Assembly (NCBI GenBank): GCA_013239625.1
Contig: MU054323.1
Span: 1,736,001 to 1,800,000 of the forward strand
From: Lama guanicoe
Lineage: Eukaryota
DNA: 64,000 nt
Direction of reading: 5' to 3'
How positions within the stretch are numbered: position 1 is the first letter of the stretch; each line of letters begins with the position of its first letter. The notes beneath the pieces were generated by a model that saw only the letters and a list, made by a program, of their open reading frames with translations, was not told where the DNA came from and searched no databases. The translations under genes and the position numbers were made by a program. Of the stretch, positions 49,471-63,291 are shown piece by piece.

Positions 49471-52400
49471 AATTTCAAAATAAATATAAACAAAGCCATT
49501 TCAATGAAAATTGTCTTAGTTTAAGAATAAATTGGGTGCAGTAAGCTGAAGGAAGTCTTGAAGTACTTAGATGGTTTAATGAGAACTGGAGACAATTGAT
49601 GTTCTCTGTTCATTCATTTTTCTCTCCCAAAGAAAGTACAACTGTCAGACACTAAAATGTATTGTGTTCCTGTTATGAATTTTGGAAAGATCTTAAACTT
49701 TATGGGCTTCCCAAAGTCTACACATATAAGTTCATTACTCCGCCTTCTGAACTGTGGGAGTTTGATGTAGGAGGTCTCAGCCAACTGGCACTTAAGTAGT
49801 TTCTGTTTCTGTGATATATATCCTGGAGTTCTTTGGAACTTTGAGTCAGTGAATAGTTTTGAGTTATGATACTAAGAATATATGGCAGTTTAGACAGCTC
49901 CTGAGTCTCTTAGAGCGAAGTAATAGATATTTTTATTCCTCAGTTATAAAACATCCCAGCTGTTCGGTCATTGAGTGTTATTGTGTTTTCAAAACCCATT
50001 ATATCTCAACAATAGAATCTATCCCTGTTGTTACTTCTGAATCATGGCTGATCTGATGGTACTGAGATGCTATAAACCACATTCTCTTTACTTGCCCCAG
50101 AGCTAAGTACTCATCAGCTAAGATACACACACACACACACAACATTTACAGCGGGATGTTTCGGTGAGAGATGGGGACAGCAGGGGATAAAACCAGAGAT
50201 TTTAAACACTTTAGAGACATCGTGGCAAAGGGCATGTGATTCAGATTTCTATAGCTCATTGACCAAGAAGGCATAAAATTACCATCCTCCAGTCAATTCT
50301 TTGCGTTTTGGATGAAAAGATTTCATTTTTCCTCCCTGCCCACTACCATGCCCTCTGCCACCTCACATATGTCTATTTGGCTCATAGTTTCTCTATTTAT
50401 ATATAATAGAAAAGTGATGTTCTTATTTGCTTTGGTTACAGTTGTGGCTAATGGAATGCTTTCAATGAATTCCGTTTTCCTGCATCTTCTTTTATGTTGC
50501 ATCACAGAGTCTGTATCTGCACTCTTCTTGTTTGACAAGGTGGAGTGACTTCTCCTAGAATCTTATCCGAGGTATCTGTTAGACTCCAGAACCAGAGTGA
50601 TTTTCTTGCACAAGTGTTACAGACACACTTGCGGGAATGTGGAGAAGGGCCCTGGGGGTTTCTGAAAGGAGCACTGACATAAACAAACATTGTCAAATGA
50701 AACTGCACAGGACCATTTGTGTCTGAAACTTCACTCCCAAACTTTACTGTTCTTCTCTTGCTCATCTTAAATCTCCAGCCGATTCTCTTTCTTCTTGAAT
50801 TTTCCCTGTGGACTGGTATCACCTCCAATATGACATCCTAATATCCTGCCTGGATCGTAATGGGCTCTCCTGACTTCCCCTACATCCAGCCTGCCCAGCG
50901 CCTTTCTTTGTCTTTGTCTCACTGAGTCTGGACTTCGTAATACAGGACAGTCAGCCCTGCCCAGCCCACATCAGGCAATTCTCCTTTGTTCTCAGCTTTC
51001 TGTTTACCTTTGATGCTGGCATTCAGAGGAGGTGTGGAGAAGCTTTGTGCTGGATCTCTTTTCTATGTCCTTGGAAGCACCTCTTTCAGAATTAACCTCT
51101 GTTCTGATCTCATAACCAAACTGCCACTTCCATGCATACTCTCTGTTTCCTATCCATGTCATTTATTGAGTCACAATTCTATATTTCCTTAATGTACTGG
51201 CATAAACTCACTTTCAACCAATTTTTGGTGTTATATGGGTCTTTAGAATTACTGATAGCCCATTAGCCAGCAACTCTTTATTATACTCATTTGTGAGTGT
51301 TTTATTGATTAAAACTGTATTTTCAAGTATCGTTAACTCATTTTTACTTCTATATGTTTACCTTCTGACTTTGTTCATGATCCAAGATATTGCATTCAAG
51401 ACAAGAAAAACTCAGTTCTCTCTAGAATCCCACCACTCCTATGTTACACAGTTGCTGGGAAACCATCTCTGGGAGGTGAGCTGAGGAAAGCCACCCACAT
51501 CATCTGACAAATGCGGGTCACTTTAGGGGTGGACATGACAGATATGGTCTTTGAGATTTAAGATGGTCATTTACTTTGGGTTGGAGCCAACCTCAAAGGT
51601 TGTGTCTTGGAGATGTGCTAAAGCATGTACCAGGACCTTAAATCCACTCCAAGTCAAGGCATAAGGAAGAAGAGGAGTCAAAGACCTAGAACATCCTTGT
51701 CTGCTAAGCGTCTCTTGGGAAAACCTTGCTGACTTAACTCTGCTAGGCCACCCGTTAGACACTCTGGCAGCATCGCATACCCTTCAATTATTGCTCTCAT
51801 ATTACAGTGAGTAATATGTATTATTGGTAGAATTAATTGATTAATGTCTGTCTCATTCTCCAGAGAGAAAGCTCCAGGAGGGCAGACACCATGTCTCATC
51901 TTCACCGTTTCATCCCTAGATCCTACAATTAAGAAAGTGTTGGGAACTCAGAGCGTATCTCTTGAATGACCGAATAATTGAAAGAAAGAAATGGTTCCTT
52001 TTTAGAGTGTATTTATTCCCCATTCCCTCATCCGATGAGGAGGGATTTCCACCAAGTGCCCCTGGTCTCTTGCTCCAGGCCTTATTCTTCCTTAATGAAG
52101 TTGAGTAAATTCCTTGGTTAAGGAGAGACAGTGATTGGCACATGTTCCTTGATCTGGTAGAGATAATGTATTGAAAGTTCTAACCAAATGGAATCCACTC
52201 TCCTGCTCTTTCCCTTGAGCGATGCATGGTTGTGGTCCCAATTAAACATGTTTGCTCTGTAGGCTCACTATTTCTCACTGGTGTACTGGTCCAAGATCTA
52301 ACCTGGGGACAGGAAGTTTATTGTTGGCACATTTATAAGGCATACCACCCAAAATAATGTTTAACACAAATTAAGATGACATTTTGATCCTCATCTACAT

Positions 52401-54074
52401 GGCTCCTTTTTCTTCCTGTTTTTGAACATGGGCAAGAAACAGGGATCTCATCTCTTGTGCTAACTAAAACCCCAACGACTCCTGTGCATAGAAAGACTCC
52501 AGGAAAAATCAATATAGACCCATGCTAAGATAGAAACGTTTTGACTCCAAAGAGATAAAAATGAGATTCAAGACTGGAAATAGAAGAATAAAACTCTAAA
52601 CATGAAAGATTTTTCCTGGAGTCTGAGAGTTGGAGAGCCTCCTGAAATTGTGTGCAAAACATTCTGTGTACAGGATCCAGAGGTTTCCTCAGATTCTCAG
52701 AAAAGACATTGAACGTCTGTTTTAAGGAACTCTACATAGACCTTGAGTTTATCTTCTGACACATGGAAATTTGGCCTTACCTTCCTATCTTCCTCCTTGC
52801 CTGACACGGTCTTGCTGTTCTGTTTCCCTCATCACACCCTTTAAAGCTCAGCTTGAGCCCAGCCCAACTTCCCAGGAAGTGTGCCCTTCTGCTCTCAGCC
52901 TGTAAGGATTTCACCCTCCTCTTGCCTCCTGGTCCTTCGCAGATGGCCTTCATCTCTTGTCCTCTTCAATTAAAGTGTAAGCTCCTGAGAGCAGGGGTCA
53001 GGTTTTCCAATATTAGCTCTGTGTTACCCAAACTGCCTGGCATATAGCAATCACTTCTCAATCCTAATAATATTTCCATATGCAATCTTTTACTTGCCCT
53101 AGTGTGAGCCCTGGAAGGGATTCATGAGACGTATCTTTCAGAGGAAGAGAAAAGCTCAGAGGGAGGAAGTTACTTTTCTCAAAGTCAAAAAACTAGGAAA
53201 CAGCAGAGCCAGGATTCAAACTTAGGTCTTCTGTCTAGTTCAGTGCCTCCTCCGATCCATAATGCAGCTTCCCTGAGAAAGTATGGACCCGAACTTCCTG
53301 CATTAGAGTTCGCTATAGGAGAGATGTCTTTGTTTAGAAACACTCTTGAATAGGTGGGCCTGATTTGAACCCTCTGGGTTACAGAGGTAGGAGAGGGATG
53401 AGACCAAGAGAAAACTTGACTTTTATTGCATAAAAAACTGAAGAGAATTTTGAGTTGGGTGTGGACCCTCCCCCCCCAAAAAGATGACTGTAATTTGCAA
53501 GAGATAGGGAAGCATTAGACATAAATATGATCAGGGAAAAATTCCCTAAAGAAGGTTTGGCAGAAGTATTTTTGGGGAACAAGAAGGTTTAATTTTTCTG
53601 TCTTAAGTGTGTCACCTCTTACTCTCAGTCCAGCTGTTTAAGAGAATTTCACTACACACAACTATCTCATGTGTCCCATTTTGGAGGAATCAGGGAAAAG
53701 GGCTGGTGTTACATTTTGAGTCGGTGGGCCAGAGAAGAGAGCAGCAGGAGTGGAGGAGAGCAGGAGATCGGTGGGAGGAAGACTCAGAAGGACAAGGATG
53801 AAGAGGTAGCATGAGGATGTTAGTCCTGGGAATTCATCAGTGTTTAGAGAGAGTCCTGAACCTCCTCAGGATGAGGGCTAGGAGTGAAAGCCGATTTTAT
53901 TTAGATCTTCAAAGTCAGGGTGGCTCCATTAGACATTTGGGTGCCAATAGCTTGACAGTAGCCCTCATTACGTTTCCAGAATGAAGAACAGTAGGTGGGT
54001 GGTAAACAGAGTGTGGTGTTTTTTGGGAAAAAGAAAGACTCAGTTTCCCAAAGTCCTTCTACATCTGAGGAGAG

Positions 54075-54585
54075 GAAAGGTGTTAGACAACTGAAAACTT
54101 TCCTGGTGATGACAGCTGAATCATCTGATGACAAGCAAACCTGATGGCATTTGAAATGCATGGGTTTTATCTCCAGAGCAGGCATATAGCAGACTTATAT
54201 GCCTCTTAGCAAACACCAAGCTTCAGTATCCTGTGAAGGAGTGTTCCTGCGTATGAAGGATCGGTGACAATGCACTCACTGTACTCTCCGAAACAAACCC
54301 CTATTATCTTCTAATTCGGTTGTTCATGTGAATAATAGAAATGGAAAAGGGGCAGGAAGTGAGTTGGTGAGAGTCAAATCCAGTTTCTGCCCGCTGACTC
54401 TGCACGTGGTTCCTTGTCTTTCTCGGCCAACCAGGATGACTGAGTTTTAGGTCCTGCAGCTGCTGCCAAGGGCCCAGGTCAGCCAAGAGCCAGAGTTCTG
54501 TTAATTGTCGTGGGAGGAATTCTTCGTGCCTGTCTGTCCCCTCATTCCCAGAAGCTGAAGTTGTGGGTCCAGGTGAATTGCCCAG
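54075..54585 (+). pseudogene. Decayed tandem EGF (to 54280) and TSP1 (~54430-54585)
   Basis: ENFPGDDS*; SSDDKQT*WHLKC...VSCEGVFLRMKDR*QCT; G*LSFRSCSCCQG...VNCP. Confidence 0.55.
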
Positions 54586-55544
54586 CAAAGTGTCTATCAC
54601 AGATGAGGGACACTGCAGTGGAGACCGAATGACGAAGTTAAGTCGAAGTCAAGGATGGACGCGTGGCTCTTCCCTCAGGGACTGATGTCACTAGACCAGC
54701 GAGTTCTCCTTCCTTTTGTAACTAATGCTGCTGCAGCTTTCACTACTGCCATCTCCGCTGCCTTTCCTCTCACTACAACCAGCTACCGCTGCTCACTGGA
54801 GGCCCGGCACTGGGTCTAAGGGCTTTACTCACTGTCTCATTTAATCCTTATCAAAACCCTACGGGATGGGCACCATCACTCCAATTCCACATGTGAGACA
54901 ACTGAGGCTCCAAAACTGAAGTGGTTCTTTTCCCATCTGAGTGGATTGCCCAGGAAAATAGAAGGAAATTAGGATAAAATTTGAGAGAAAGCATTCAATA
55001 ACAGCTACGAGTAAGGGCTAGCTCATCAGACAAATCTGAGTTGGCATCCTGGCTCTGCAAATTTCTGGCTGTGTGAGCATGGGCAAGTTGCTCAACCTCT
55101 CTGTTTTTTTGCTTACACAATGAGGGTGACAATAGTACTTACTCCAGTCCTGCTACATCGCAAGTGATCAAGGAATGTTATCCAATCTTCTTGCTATTAT
55201 TACTATTAATGGTTATTTTTTTCTTCTCAAAAATTGAAAAGGCTTGTCATATGACTCCTTACAGGGCAAAATGGTCCTGTAAGTAATGATTCCCTTTAAA
55301 GAGTCTCTCAAGATTTGAGCAGGAAGTTGCTCTGGAAGAGGATTCTTTTTCCACGTTTGGGAGGTGGTGGCTAATGACCAAATGTTCTGGCCTCAGTCCC
55401 ACTAGTTTTCACCATTTTAATCTCTGCTTTTATGACCAGTGTTGTTACTCCAGAGCACAGCTGAGACTGCTGGAGTTTACAGGAAGGACATTAATAACTA
55501 TTGTTATTAATGGCTTTTTCTTAATGGTTTAATGGATTAATGGT

Positions 55545-56012
55545 TATTGGATCAATTATTTATGGCTGTGTAACCAAATACCTCAAACTTAGGACTAAAA
55601 TAAAAAGTATTTATTATTGGTCAGGATTTTGTGGTTCTTCTGCTGGGCTCTCCTGAGTTTACTCCTATGATTCTAGATGATGAATGGAGTGGCTGGAGAG
55701 TCCAAGATGACCTAGCACATATGTCTGGGAGTTGGTGCCGGCTGGGCACCTCAGTCCTCATCTGCACGGCCTTTCTAGACCATTTTCCGTACAGTATGGC
55801 CATCTCAAGGCAGACTTCGCAAGAGCAAACCCCAGCAGATAAGCACCTGCCAAGCTTCTTCTTGACTCATGTTTGTTCATAATCCATCGGCCAAAGCAAG
55901 TCACACAGCCAACCTCAGTACCAATTGGAAGGGGACTTAGACTCCTGTCCCCCCATCCCCACCTTGATGGGAGAAGTGGCAAAGAATTTATGGCCATTTT
56001 TAATCCATCACA
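55545..56012 (-). mobile_element. MaLR solo LTR (MLT1F/G-like)
   Basis: ggctgtgtaaccaaatacctcaaacttag...ggccaaagcaagtcacacagcc...gatgggagaagtggcaaagaatttatggccatttttaatccatcaca. Confidence 0.8.
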
Positions 56013-56094
56013 ATTACAAACATTAATAAAAAAAAGGAAGGCCCCTGGAAGATATAAAAAGAATAAAAACAATCCAACTTGCAAAGTATGGGTT

Positions 56095-56300
56095 TCGGGT
56101 ATTCCTTGCCTCCAAGACATTTCAAGACTTGCCACATCTCACACCCCCTGGGCAGGTAAATGTGGTAGGTAGCTTGTCTGCCTCCTTCCTTCGCATCCCT
56201 GGGCAGGTTGCTATAACGCATGATTTTACATCTGACATCTCTCCTTCGGGGACTACTGGACTTCTCCGTTCCCCAGACCTTGCTCAGGGGACAATTTTAC
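56095..56300 (+). pseudogene. Decayed ephrin-receptor-like repeats
   Basis: GIPCLQ-TFQDLPHLT..VVGSLSAS...SGTTGLLRSPDLAQGT. Confidence 0.58.
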
Positions 56301-58439
56301 TTCTATCATTCTCCCACCCACTGCTTTCAAATCTTCTCCAGCCCTAAAACGAGGACCTGCTTCCAGGACTGAAGGATATAATGTGATTGACTGATTTATT
56401 ATTACGATAATAATTTTTGCTAATTGAAATTGCAAGGTAATTATTACTCTTTGCTAATTCTGTCAACATTTTGGAGGCTACCTTGTAGCTTTCTTTTTAA
56501 TTAATGAAGAAATAAAAGTATTCCTTACAGAAAGGCTTATTATAACACCTCCTATTGCCTAACATGCCTTTTTAATTAAAATTATAAACTAGGCATCTTT
56601 CCAAATCTCTCTCTATATAGCGTTTATATAAATATTAATATTGTTAGCAATGTATATAACAGGTATTTTATATTTTTAAGACCTAATATTTTATTTAGTA
56701 ATGTAGTAGTGCTAAAATATATTTAACCAGTCCCCGACAATGGACATTTAGATTATTGCCAGTTTTTTTTTAGAATAAACCAGTTGCAAAGAATACTTTT
56801 TTACATATAGCTTAATATGCTTATTATGATCATTTCCTAAAAATGGGATTGCCAGGCCGAGGAATGTATACAATTTATGGAACTGATTTTGTCAGCTTGC
56901 CCATCAAATAATTTTATGGATTCATTTACCCAACAATTGTGCATAAGAATAAGAACACCTCTCTCCTCCCAGCTTCCATGTGATTTTTTTTCTTAAAACC
57001 CCAAATATTTTTTTGTTTTGTTTTTTCCAAGACAGGAAGCAAAGAGCTAAAAGTTAGGCGTTTCCGACCCAGGGAAAGAGAAAATCCCTTAACTAAACAA
57101 TTTAATTTCCTTGCAGCCTGAGAGTAGCCCTGCTGAGACTATCCCAGCCCAGGACTCCCTGGAGGCAGAGAAGAGAGAAGTCAGCAAAGCAACAGAAGAA
57201 AAAGTGCAGTTCCCCGTGCTCTGTGGAACCACAGCCTGTTCACCGCAGGTCAGGCCTCAGAGATGCTTCCAGGATCAGTTCAGGCCTCACAGAGGGGCCT
57301 CCAAGGCCAGACTCTGCTGACACCTATCCCCTGCAGGAGGACCCCAACCCAGAGCCTGGGACATTTTCCAAAGCTAACTCAGGTGTCCCATTGTCCTGGG
57401 AACACCATCAAGTCCCAACACAGCCTGGTCTCCTAGAAGGAAGCTGTCATTTCCACTACGACCTAATCACTGCTTTGTGCTTCAGAGTGATGCAATCCAG
57501 CAAGAAAAAAGTCCTGTGTCCTTTGATAAACTGAGTGTTAACATTCCAGGAACCCACCATGGACACGACTTTTCCTTCAGCTCAAAACTCCAAACTCCTT
57601 CTCATTTACTCCCTGCTTTCCCCAGTAACTCTTTCCTTGTTACACTTAGAGCTCTGCACAGAAAATAGTTAGAGGTATTTTGACATTTGACAGCTCTTTC
57701 CAAACAGTACTAGAAAAAGACATTTATCTCTTTATTATGCTTTAAGTGTCCAGATGAATGTCTAAGAAACTCCAGGGACGATTTTGTGAACGCCTTCCCA
57801 GGGCTTTGTCTGGGATCTTAATTTCAGCAGAACGCACACATGGGGGCTGTGGGGTCTGGAGCCTTCTAGAGGGAGATATGGCAGAGCTTCAATCATTCTT
57901 TTCTTCTAGACCAAGGCAAACAGCTGTGGAAGCAACCAGCCAGCCCAAGCCTTGCCCTCAGAGGGGCTTTCAAAATTCTGAACCTCAAACTGCATCTTTG
58001 TTATAATAATTTCTCATTTCTTCATACTTGGATGCTAAAATTTTGTGGCTTTTCATTTATGTTATTTATCCATGTCAGAGCAGGAGGTGCCCTTAGAAAT
58101 TAATCTTCTAATTCAAATTCCTCCTTTGGAAAAATTGCAGTCCAAAGAGAGGGAGAGAGTTGCCTAAGCTCATAAACATCTCGCTGGCCCCAGACTCGGG
58201 ACTCAAGTGCCAGCCTTCTGGCTTATGGGGAGAGGTACTTCCTCTGCTTCCTTTTTAAAGCTCTGTGGTGCATCCAGTTTTGAGCCTATTTCTAAGCAGT
58301 CATTAGGCATCAGGCAGAGTGATGCCTTAGCACCTCGCAGTTCATGCCAAATTCTTACAGCAATTCTATCAGAACTATTATCCCTATCTCACAGGTAATG
58401 AGATAGGTTTTGGAGGGGTTTATAAGTTGCTTAATATGA

Positions 58440-58950
58440 TGTATTAGTTTTCTGTGGCTTCCATAACAAATTACCACAAATTTAATGGCTTAAACAACAC
58501 AAATTTATCATCTTATCATTTAGTAGCTCGTAAATCTGAGACAGGTCTTGGGCTAAAATCAGGATATTGATGGCACTGTGTTCCCTTCTGGAGGCTCTGT
58601 GAGAGGGTCTGCTTTCTTGCCTTTTCTAACTTTCAGAGGCCATCCATACCCTGTGGCTCATGAGATCTTTCCTCAATCTTCAGAGCCAGTAACAATGGTC
58701 TGAATCCACATATTGAGTCTCCTTGACCCTTTGTCTATAATCTTATCTCTCTTTGGCTCCAGCCTGGAAAGATTCTCAGCTTTTAAGGACTCACGTGGTT
58801 AGGTTAACCCCACCTGGATAATCTAGGGTAATCTCCTCATCCTCAAGATTTGCAATCCATTTGCAAATTCCCTTTTGCCTTGTAAGATAACATATTCACG
58901 GGTTGGGGCGTGGTCACATTTGGCAGGGGATCATTATTCTGCCTACCACA
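58440..58950 (-). mobile_element. MaLR solo LTR (MLT1-type)
   Basis: tgtattagttttctgtggcttccataacaaattaccacaaatttaatggcttaaacaacac ... cattattctgcctaccaca. Confidence 0.88.
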
Positions 58951-59133
58951 GTCTACTCTCCGATCCCCAAAGATACACGTGTCCCACATGCACAATACAC
59001 TCTTCCTGAATACTGAAGAAAAGAGGTATCTAAGTAAACCAGTGACATAGCTATGGATGAAGACTTAGAATGTCATAACAAAAATATACTTTTCTTGTTT
59101 CAAAAAACTTTGTATTCTTCTCAGTGTTTTTCA

Positions 59134-59455
59134 GAACCCCTGGAAACAGGTTATAAACCAGAGCCCTGTTTGCCCTTCCAGGTAAACTTATCAAAGACCG
59201 TGCTCCATCTGGGTTTAAATTATTAGTAATTGTCTATTCAGGCATTGTGATTTCTACCGAGATTGGCTCCCAGCCTAGGGATTCTGTTTTAGATTTAAAT
59301 ATAACCATTAAACTTATAGATTACCAAATATTTGTAATTCTCCATATACTCAAGTGCATTCTGGTCGTAACCATCCTGAGTGTTTTTGTAGGTAGAATGG
59401 TCTCCTCTAGCTTTTCTTCTAACATTTCCCTCCATGATGACTGTTCCAATGGAAC
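59134..59455 (+). pseudogene. Decayed ephrin-receptor-like repeat and EGF
   Basis: Acceptor tgtttttcag; TGYKPEPCLP-TYQ..NC-SGIVISTEIGS; NICNSP..HPECFCR*NG; donor gtaaga at 59456. Confidence 0.55.
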
Positions 59456-60221
59456 GTAAGAGAAAACAGCAATATTTTCCCAACAAAGATATTTTTTAAA
59501 TAATTTGGTTTAGATTAGTACTAGCAAGGTCTGAGAGTGAGAATAGGTATGAACTGTAAGTGGGCACAAGGGATTTTATTGTAGTGATTGTTCTAAAACT
59601 GGATTTTGATGATGGTTGCACTACTGAGTAATTTATCTAAAGATCATTGAATTGCACCCTTAAAATAAATGATATTATGATATATGAATTATATCTCAAT
59701 AAAGCTGTTAAAAATAATTTACCTGTTATCCACTCAAAAGTACTGTCCCTATGTTTTTTTGTTCAATGTAATTATTTTTCGCAAAGGCAGTCTTTAAATA
59801 CATCCTTTATAACAAGACTTAAGCTACTTCAACTGTTTCTTGGCCTATTAATAAGCAGAGCTGAGCATGGTCACACTTAGTTGCTCCAGAAGTAAACACA
59901 TCTTGCTTGTTTATCTTGTTCTTCCCCCCAAATTTAATAAGGACAAATGAATATTCATTATTCATCTTTACAAAATCCCAATATTTGGTTGAATTTATCT
60001 TACATTTATAGGAGGAATTGTTTTGACACAATTGAGAACCATGCATTTTTTGATGTCCTATAATTTTTTTAGAAGTAGTAATTTAACCCCCACTCCATCA
60101 GTGTATTGCTAAAGAGATGAGTCTATTTCCCACGATGAAGCTTAATATGCTGGTGTATACACAGGAAGCAGGTAAACAAAAGGAGAAAATGGAATACTTA
60201 TCAGCTTCTTAGCATTTGTAG

Positions 60222-60450
60222 ACTTAGAAACACCAATCACATAAATACAGTTCTGGACAAATATACATAACATCAAATATAGAAACATGTACACTGGTAC
60301 AGATATAACCACTCTTTAAAGGATTACTGGGTTTAAAACAATAAAACTTCATTTTGAAATTGCATAAATAACTCACATGCTTGATGGAAGATTCTTTGAC
60401 CCTTAGACAAAGACTTGGATTGGCCATCTTATCATTAGCATGTGGTACAG
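60222..60450 (+). pseudogene. Decayed HYR exon
   Basis: Acceptor cttcttagcatttgtag, phase 1 (D)LETP; PLFK-DY. Confidence 0.45.
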
Positions 60451-60786
60451 ATTTAGAGTCTTCAGGCTGGGTTCCTATGTGAACCAGGGAAGGGAGCTCT
60501 GACCTGGGACATCATTCCTTGTTCCTTGCTGCCTAGTCCATTGTCGCTTCCCCGTGAGGATTATTGATGTGCCTGGTGGTCGTTGTAAAAGTTCAGATCC
60601 CAAACCTACTGTGTCAGGATCTCCAAGGTGAGGTTTCAGGAATCTATATTTTTGATAAGAGCTCCATGTAATTTTAATGCATGTTAATATCTGAAATATT
60701 TCATCTGAGATCTTGACTGTGCCTGGACGACTCAGCATGGACTCTTCAGATGCATTATTAACATGCCAAGAAAAAGTGTTTCAAAG

Positions 60787-60948
60787 CAGTGTTTCTTAAG
60801 CTTTAACGTGTATGTGGATCATCTGGGGATCTTGTTAGGATGCTGACTCTGATTTTGTACATCTGGAGAGGAGCCTGCTGTTTCTGCATTCTAACAAGCC
60901 CTAGTGATGCAATTGCTGCAGATCCACAGACCAGACTTCAACTACCAG
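60787..60948. mobile_element. MER5A-like MITE (further copies ~60560-60690 and 61506-61687)
   Basis: cagtgtttcttaagctttaacgtgtatgtggatcatctggggatcttgtt...tctgcattctaacaagc. Confidence 0.8.
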
Positions 60949-60963
60949 GGCTTCAGAGCCTAG

Positions 60964-61440
60964 CTCTGCCAAGCTAGAGGATCAGAACACTTCTCAGAGG
61001 ACAGAGCTACAACAAACATCGTTCTGTGCAGATGCCCTTCCAGCTGGAGTGGGGAACAAGTGTCCTTCTGGGGACCTGGGCTAGATGTAGAGGTCTGACA
61101 GAAGGTCTTCTCTTGGGCTGCAGACAGTGAGGCCAAGGGAAGGATGAAAATCACTCTAGAGAGGGCAGCAGAGGGAGCTGCTGGGAACAGAGCCATTTTC
61201 AAGTTCACCTGATCATAAATATAAGGATCAGAGAAGCGAAGCAGATAAACAATAGATATACAGACTGAGGATGGAGAACAAAACCAACGTGTCTGCACAG
61301 CAGGGCAGGAGGCTGAACCTCAAGGGTTCCCTGAAGGCTGAGGGGTAGCTGCAGGGGATCTTATAGAATGCCTGCAACTTCACTGTGGGTGAGGTGGAAG
61401 CCACTATGGGTTCAGCCTCTTCAATTCAATCCTGGATGCA
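60964..61440 (+). pseudogene. Decayed EGF repeats
   Basis: LCQARGSEHFSEDRATTNIVLCRCPSSWSG-NKC (60964-61063); PEG*G-DLIECLQLHCG*GGS (~61330-61400). Confidence 0.65.
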
Positions 61441-61934
61441 TGATATGTATATTTTTATGGGGTCATAAATTAATTTTTAATGATCTATCCTAATTACATG
61501 AAGCAGCAGTTCCCAAACAAAAAAATGCTTAAGAATTACCCTGACATCCTGTTAGAATGAGGCCGCTGGACTCCACCATCTGAGATTCTGACTTCAGGAG
61601 TCTGAGGTGGGATCCAGGAATCTGGATTTTCACTGAGCACAGCAGGTGTCTAAGATGCAAGTGGCCCGTGGAACAAACTTTGAGAAAAAAGGGCCCACAG
61701 CCACTGAAACAGCATGATCGCTGGTCCTTCACTGGCGGAAATTCAGAGCACTCTTTGTCTTGCAGGAAGACTGAAATGTAGTGTTGGCTATCTGAAATAA
61801 TACACAGTGTAAATGAAATGAAATAAAATGAAATCAATAGCATCGATTATGTCATCACTCAGCAGTGCGATTTTGGTCAGTTCTTCCTCTAGTATCTTAA
61901 TTTATAAGAATTCCCTATGGAATAACTGCTAGAG

Positions 61935-61935
<1 letters not shown>

Positions 61936-61973
<38 letters not shown>
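61936..61973. repeat. (GT)n microsatellite
   Basis: Direct observation. Confidence 0.97.
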
Positions 61974-61974
<1 letters not shown>

Positions 61975-63291
61975 TTTTATAATTTTACAGTTAGCAAGCT
62001 CTTTTCTCTATCCATTGTCTCACTGTCTTCAGAACAATCCAGTAAGACAGGTACTGTTATTTGGCTTCATTTTAAAGATGAAGATTCAGACTCAGAGAGA
62101 CTTAAGAATTTGTACAGGGTCACACAACAGATGGGATCCGACCCCAGACCTTACGCTCTGACCACCTTATCATGCTGCCCTACGGATAATGGCTGGGAAG
62201 GTCAGAAACCCACTTCCTTCTCTTCCTCTCATAGCATGTGTTAGTGTGAGTTTTGTGTCCTCAAGGCTGACTTTTCTGCGCAAAATGGAATATTTAACAG
62301 TAACCCTGGTTTCAGATATCAGTGCTTAATTTTTTATGGTTAAAAATTCAAAAGCCCAGTTTTTCTTTAACCTTCTAAGTTAATTTACAAATATGATACT
62401 ATTTATATAGTTAGTATATTTAATAATCAGTTTGAGTCATAACAACTTAAGTTCCCTTTATATTTCAAGCTGTATTTATAGATTTAATGTATCTGGTTTC
62501 ATGAAGTACACCAGTTGTCTGACTTACAACTAAAACCTTCCCAGGTAATTAAATAGCTTATAAATCTAATAAATTAAGCTTATAATTATGGTGAATTTGA
62601 ATTCTCTCAAATATTCCAATGCTGTGAATATAAACTTTGGAAAAATTTCAGTTTTAAAAGGTCTAAGTTAATTATTCAATTGTATATTTTAAATTGAAAT
62701 TGCAGGCCTCATCTGCAAGAAAATAAGCCAATTTTTTTAAAGTAACAGAATCTTTCCTAAATATAAAAATGTTAAAAATGTCATTTTAAAATACATTTGC
62801 ATACTTAATGCTAAGTCATCTTGGTTAAAAGATGCTTATCGACTAATAAAATAATTATATCATCCTAAGCGAATTCGAGAGATAACAGTAGATCAAGGCC
62901 GAACAACAAATGCCCCAAAACTGCCCAGATTTTTATTAGTGACAGTATCCAGCCCTGGGCTTTATTTATATCTGTACCATAGCCTCCAAAATTTAAAGGA
63001 GTCTGTCACACAGCCCTCATTTTTTCTTTTTTTAATTAAGTATTCTTGACTTAATTCTTCTGGCCACTCAAGTAAACCTTCATCCCTACTCAGGGGATAT
63101 TTTTGCATCTTTGGCTCTTAAGACATTTAAACATCTTCCAGTCTAATTCAAAAGATCTTCAATCACGACCCAATTTAATTGTTTTAACTTTAATTTTAAT
63201 TTTTTTTAGTTTTTAAGGACACATTTTTTTTCTGGATATTAACATTATTTTTGATTAAATTTTAGTTATCTTTCTTGGCTTTGTCTGACAG

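Noticed and set aside
50283..51690. Possible large minus-strand exon (ORFs 50323-50538, 50502-50828)
   Set aside because: Many stops, no domain motifs, and part of it is L2-derived
46909..57800. Further weak exon candidates (46909, 50508, 52263, 53608, 53925, 55440, 57117, 57740)
   Set aside because: Most have acceptor-like sites, but the motifs are too decayed to assign by eye; they may be real parts of the fossil
59325..59440. Minus-strand exon candidate …QDGYDQNALEYMENYKYL
   Set aside because: No supporting neighbours; overlaps a + strand EGF-like remnant
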